Shown: piece after piece, positions 61,334-64,000 of the stretch
Position numbering within the stretch: position 1 is the first letter of the stretch
Layout: the number at the start of each line of letters is the position of its first letter
NCBI GenBank assembly: GCA_030141605.1
Contig: JAQGDQ010002375.1
Location: 372,001 to 436,000, forward strand
DNA length: 64,000 bases
From: Tubiluchus corallicola
Taxonomy: Eukaryota > Animalia > Priapulida
Reading direction: 5' to 3'
Translations under genes and position numbers: made by a program
The notes under the pieces: generated by a model
Database searches by the model: none
The model's input: the letters and a program-made list of their open reading frames with translations, nothing else
What the model was told of the DNA's origin: nothing

Positions 61334-64000
61334 GCTCATAGTTAGCTTCAAATAAACTGCAGTTACAAAAATTTTATATCATACGTGTTAGAAATTTTGC
61401 AGCTGATTAGAACGTCCACGCTGCCATATCAGCTTTGAAACAAGGCGAAAAGATGTGACGGAGTTTGTCGGCATGCTTTAAATTTTTACTAAGATTTTTT
61501 AATTCTTGTCAGTAATTTTGTAAATGTACTTCTTGTCTTAGAAGTACTCAAAACTGCGGATTAGTTCTCGTTTAATTATTGCATATAAGCGGAGAGGGCA
61601 GTAAATGTCCTGTTATCACGTTACTATTTTGAGTTTTTTCTTTATGCTTGGGCTTTCGGCGATGTCCTGGCATTGGAAAAAGTGGTGCTTAGAAAGCCAG
61701 AGGGTGTTTTGTACATATCTAATCGACTGTGTAAAAATGTAAAAATTCTTGTAGCTGTTGCTTTTATATATTTTCCCACTGCTTGTAACAGAATGTCTAT
61801 AGGCTTTAACAAAAAAAATATCGCATGAATTATTTAGGAATTGTCAGTGCTGTTAATACTAGAGGTATTGAAACCTTTAACACGAATGATGGTGTCATTG
61901 AAGTTGTCTTTTTTCTATTAATCATTAATTTTGTTGATTCGTTTGCTGAAAAAGTTATTTGACGATGGTTTTCCGGATAAATTATAAAGCTTGTTTTTGT
62001 TATTTTTGTTGTGTCACGAAATAGCCTCGATTAAATGCGTATTGGGTGAGTTTGAAATGCAGATTAACAGCTTCGAAGTTTATGGTTACTGATTTGCAAC
62101 GAGATGGATCGTCGCCTTTTACAATGAACAACATGATTTCTGCTCAAAGTCGTAAGTTATGTACTTTGGAAGGTGACTTTCCTGTTATAGGAGACGAGAA
62201 TTTAGTTTGACCTGCGGTACAAAATGTTTATCGCGTTTTCTCTCTTGTCTAATCTCCATACACATAATATGATAAATGAAATCTTGTATACATCACTGCC
62301 AAATCTGCTTGACAATGTCTTCATCTGGACAAGCGGAACACGTACGCTTCCGAAGTATGTTGTTGCAGTGGTGTTAGCAGCTTTATCTCCATCGTCCTGG
62401 TCGCTTTATCTCCACAATTTTGGTAGCTTTGTCTCTATGATCGTGACAGCTTTGCCTCCATTACCGAATTATAGGCCTTCTGATGTTCTACTGTGTTCGC
62501 AATTAATTTGTTGCCGAAAAACGAGATCACAATGAGGTTCGTTTCCTTTCTTCTTCAGAAAATCGCTGAATCGTATAATGCTCATAGGTACCGCTATTTG
62601 CCTGTCCATTTGAGGAGTATAATAATAATCAGCTCAAGACCCATCCCAGCCGGATCCTTTGAGAAGAATCTTGTAACTATTCTTATTTTCATTAAATACG
62701 GTAAACAAAAGTTTTTGATAAGCCTTGTGCGCATTAACTGTATAACTAACTGGGTAAGATGCAGTGTCACTGTGACAAAATATTTTGGTTCCGTTAATTT
62801 TTCAGTTTAATTTATTCAAGAAAATGCATTCATGGGAAAATCTTATTACAAATTATTATACTTTTCCTGTTCTTCGCCAGTTCGTTTATGCATTTATCTG
62901 CTTTCTAGTTTAGATAAATTGCGCCGAATAAACGGTCATAAGGTTAGGAAACCGTTGGGTTGCTTGAGTTTCGAATTGTGTGCCAATAAAAACCACAACG
63001 TTTCTTTGCTAATAAACATAAACACTAGATTATAAGCATCTGATTCGCGACCATACAGTTCTGTGTAATGATATGTTACTGGAAATGTTAAACAAAATTA
63101 TGACTGATAACTTTTATCCACTACATGAAGAATTTAAGTTTCCCCCACACAAAGTAAGATTAAATATACCTTTTTCAAAAACAAATCACTTTAAATTTTC
63201 CCTTTTTCCCACTTCAATCAAAGCATTTAATTGAGCTCTAAACAGCTTTCTTTTTTCTTTTTTAAGGTTTATTCCAATTGTATCATTTAGATTTATGTGG
63301 ACAGTTGAATTTAAGTTACAATTGCGAATTTGTTGTGCTAATTGCCTTTTGCTAATTTGTGCAAAACATAAACGATGAATTTCATGTATATCATGTGTCG
63401 TAAATATGACCAATAAAGATGTCTATGTCAATGTCTATGTATTTAATCTAAGAGATAGCTAGACTTGTCATAGACCTTTATTTTCAACAAACGTGAATGT
63501 CGGCATTATAATAACCCATTAATGCAGAGATAATGTCGATATGACTGAAACATTTTCACACATCTTCATCTGGGAAGTATAGAAAAGCCATTAACGTTTA
63601 AAAGCATGATAGCTTGATAGACAAATTTTCCAAGTTTTATTCCGACCTACAAACAATTATAGAAGACGAAAACAGAACCCTTTCAGTGACTCGGTTTCCT
63701 TTTCCTTCTTCTAATTTAACCCGATTCAAATTTAATTTAAGGCAATTAATTTTGTCTGATAGAAAAGTTCACACAATTGATATGAATATGTTAATCAAAC
63801 TGTTACATGTCTGCTGTCACGCGATCATTCCTAATAACTTTCTATGAGAGTTGTGCTCGTTCAGGTTTTCAGTGCATTTACATAATTTCGACAAGAAATT
63901 TACTTTATTTAATTTTTTATACCAAAAGCTCTCATTTAAATTTAATGTCGATAGCAATTGTAAGCTCCAGGAATATAGAGAATTCTTTATCAACTGATTT

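Overview
AT-rich eukaryotic (invertebrate animal) genomic DNA with spliceosomal introns; there is no prokaryotic content or CRISPR array. (1) The minus strand carries a WDR7/Rabconnectin-3 beta gene. I traced 23 coding exons by hand with consistent splice phases, from the ATG at 42450 down to 20709 (~1338 codons). They include four symmetric phase-0 exons that encode most of a ~470-aa Ser/Arg/Lys-rich insertion. I could not find the conserved C-terminal part of WDR7 in the window. (2) A class A peptide GPCR with a single coding exon (FMRFamide/sex-peptide-receptor-like) lies on the plus strand at 11097-12284, probably inside a >20 kb WDR7 intron. (3) A TSD-flanked RTE retrotransposon copy ends in an unusual aperiodic C/A tail and sits next to a decayed R2-like element. 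(4) The window also holds tRNA- and 5S-derived SINE remnants, several MITE/foldback elements, two minisatellites, microsatellites, and a candidate promoter/first exon near 55-56 kb. Family assignments rest on motifs recalled from memory, not on database searches.
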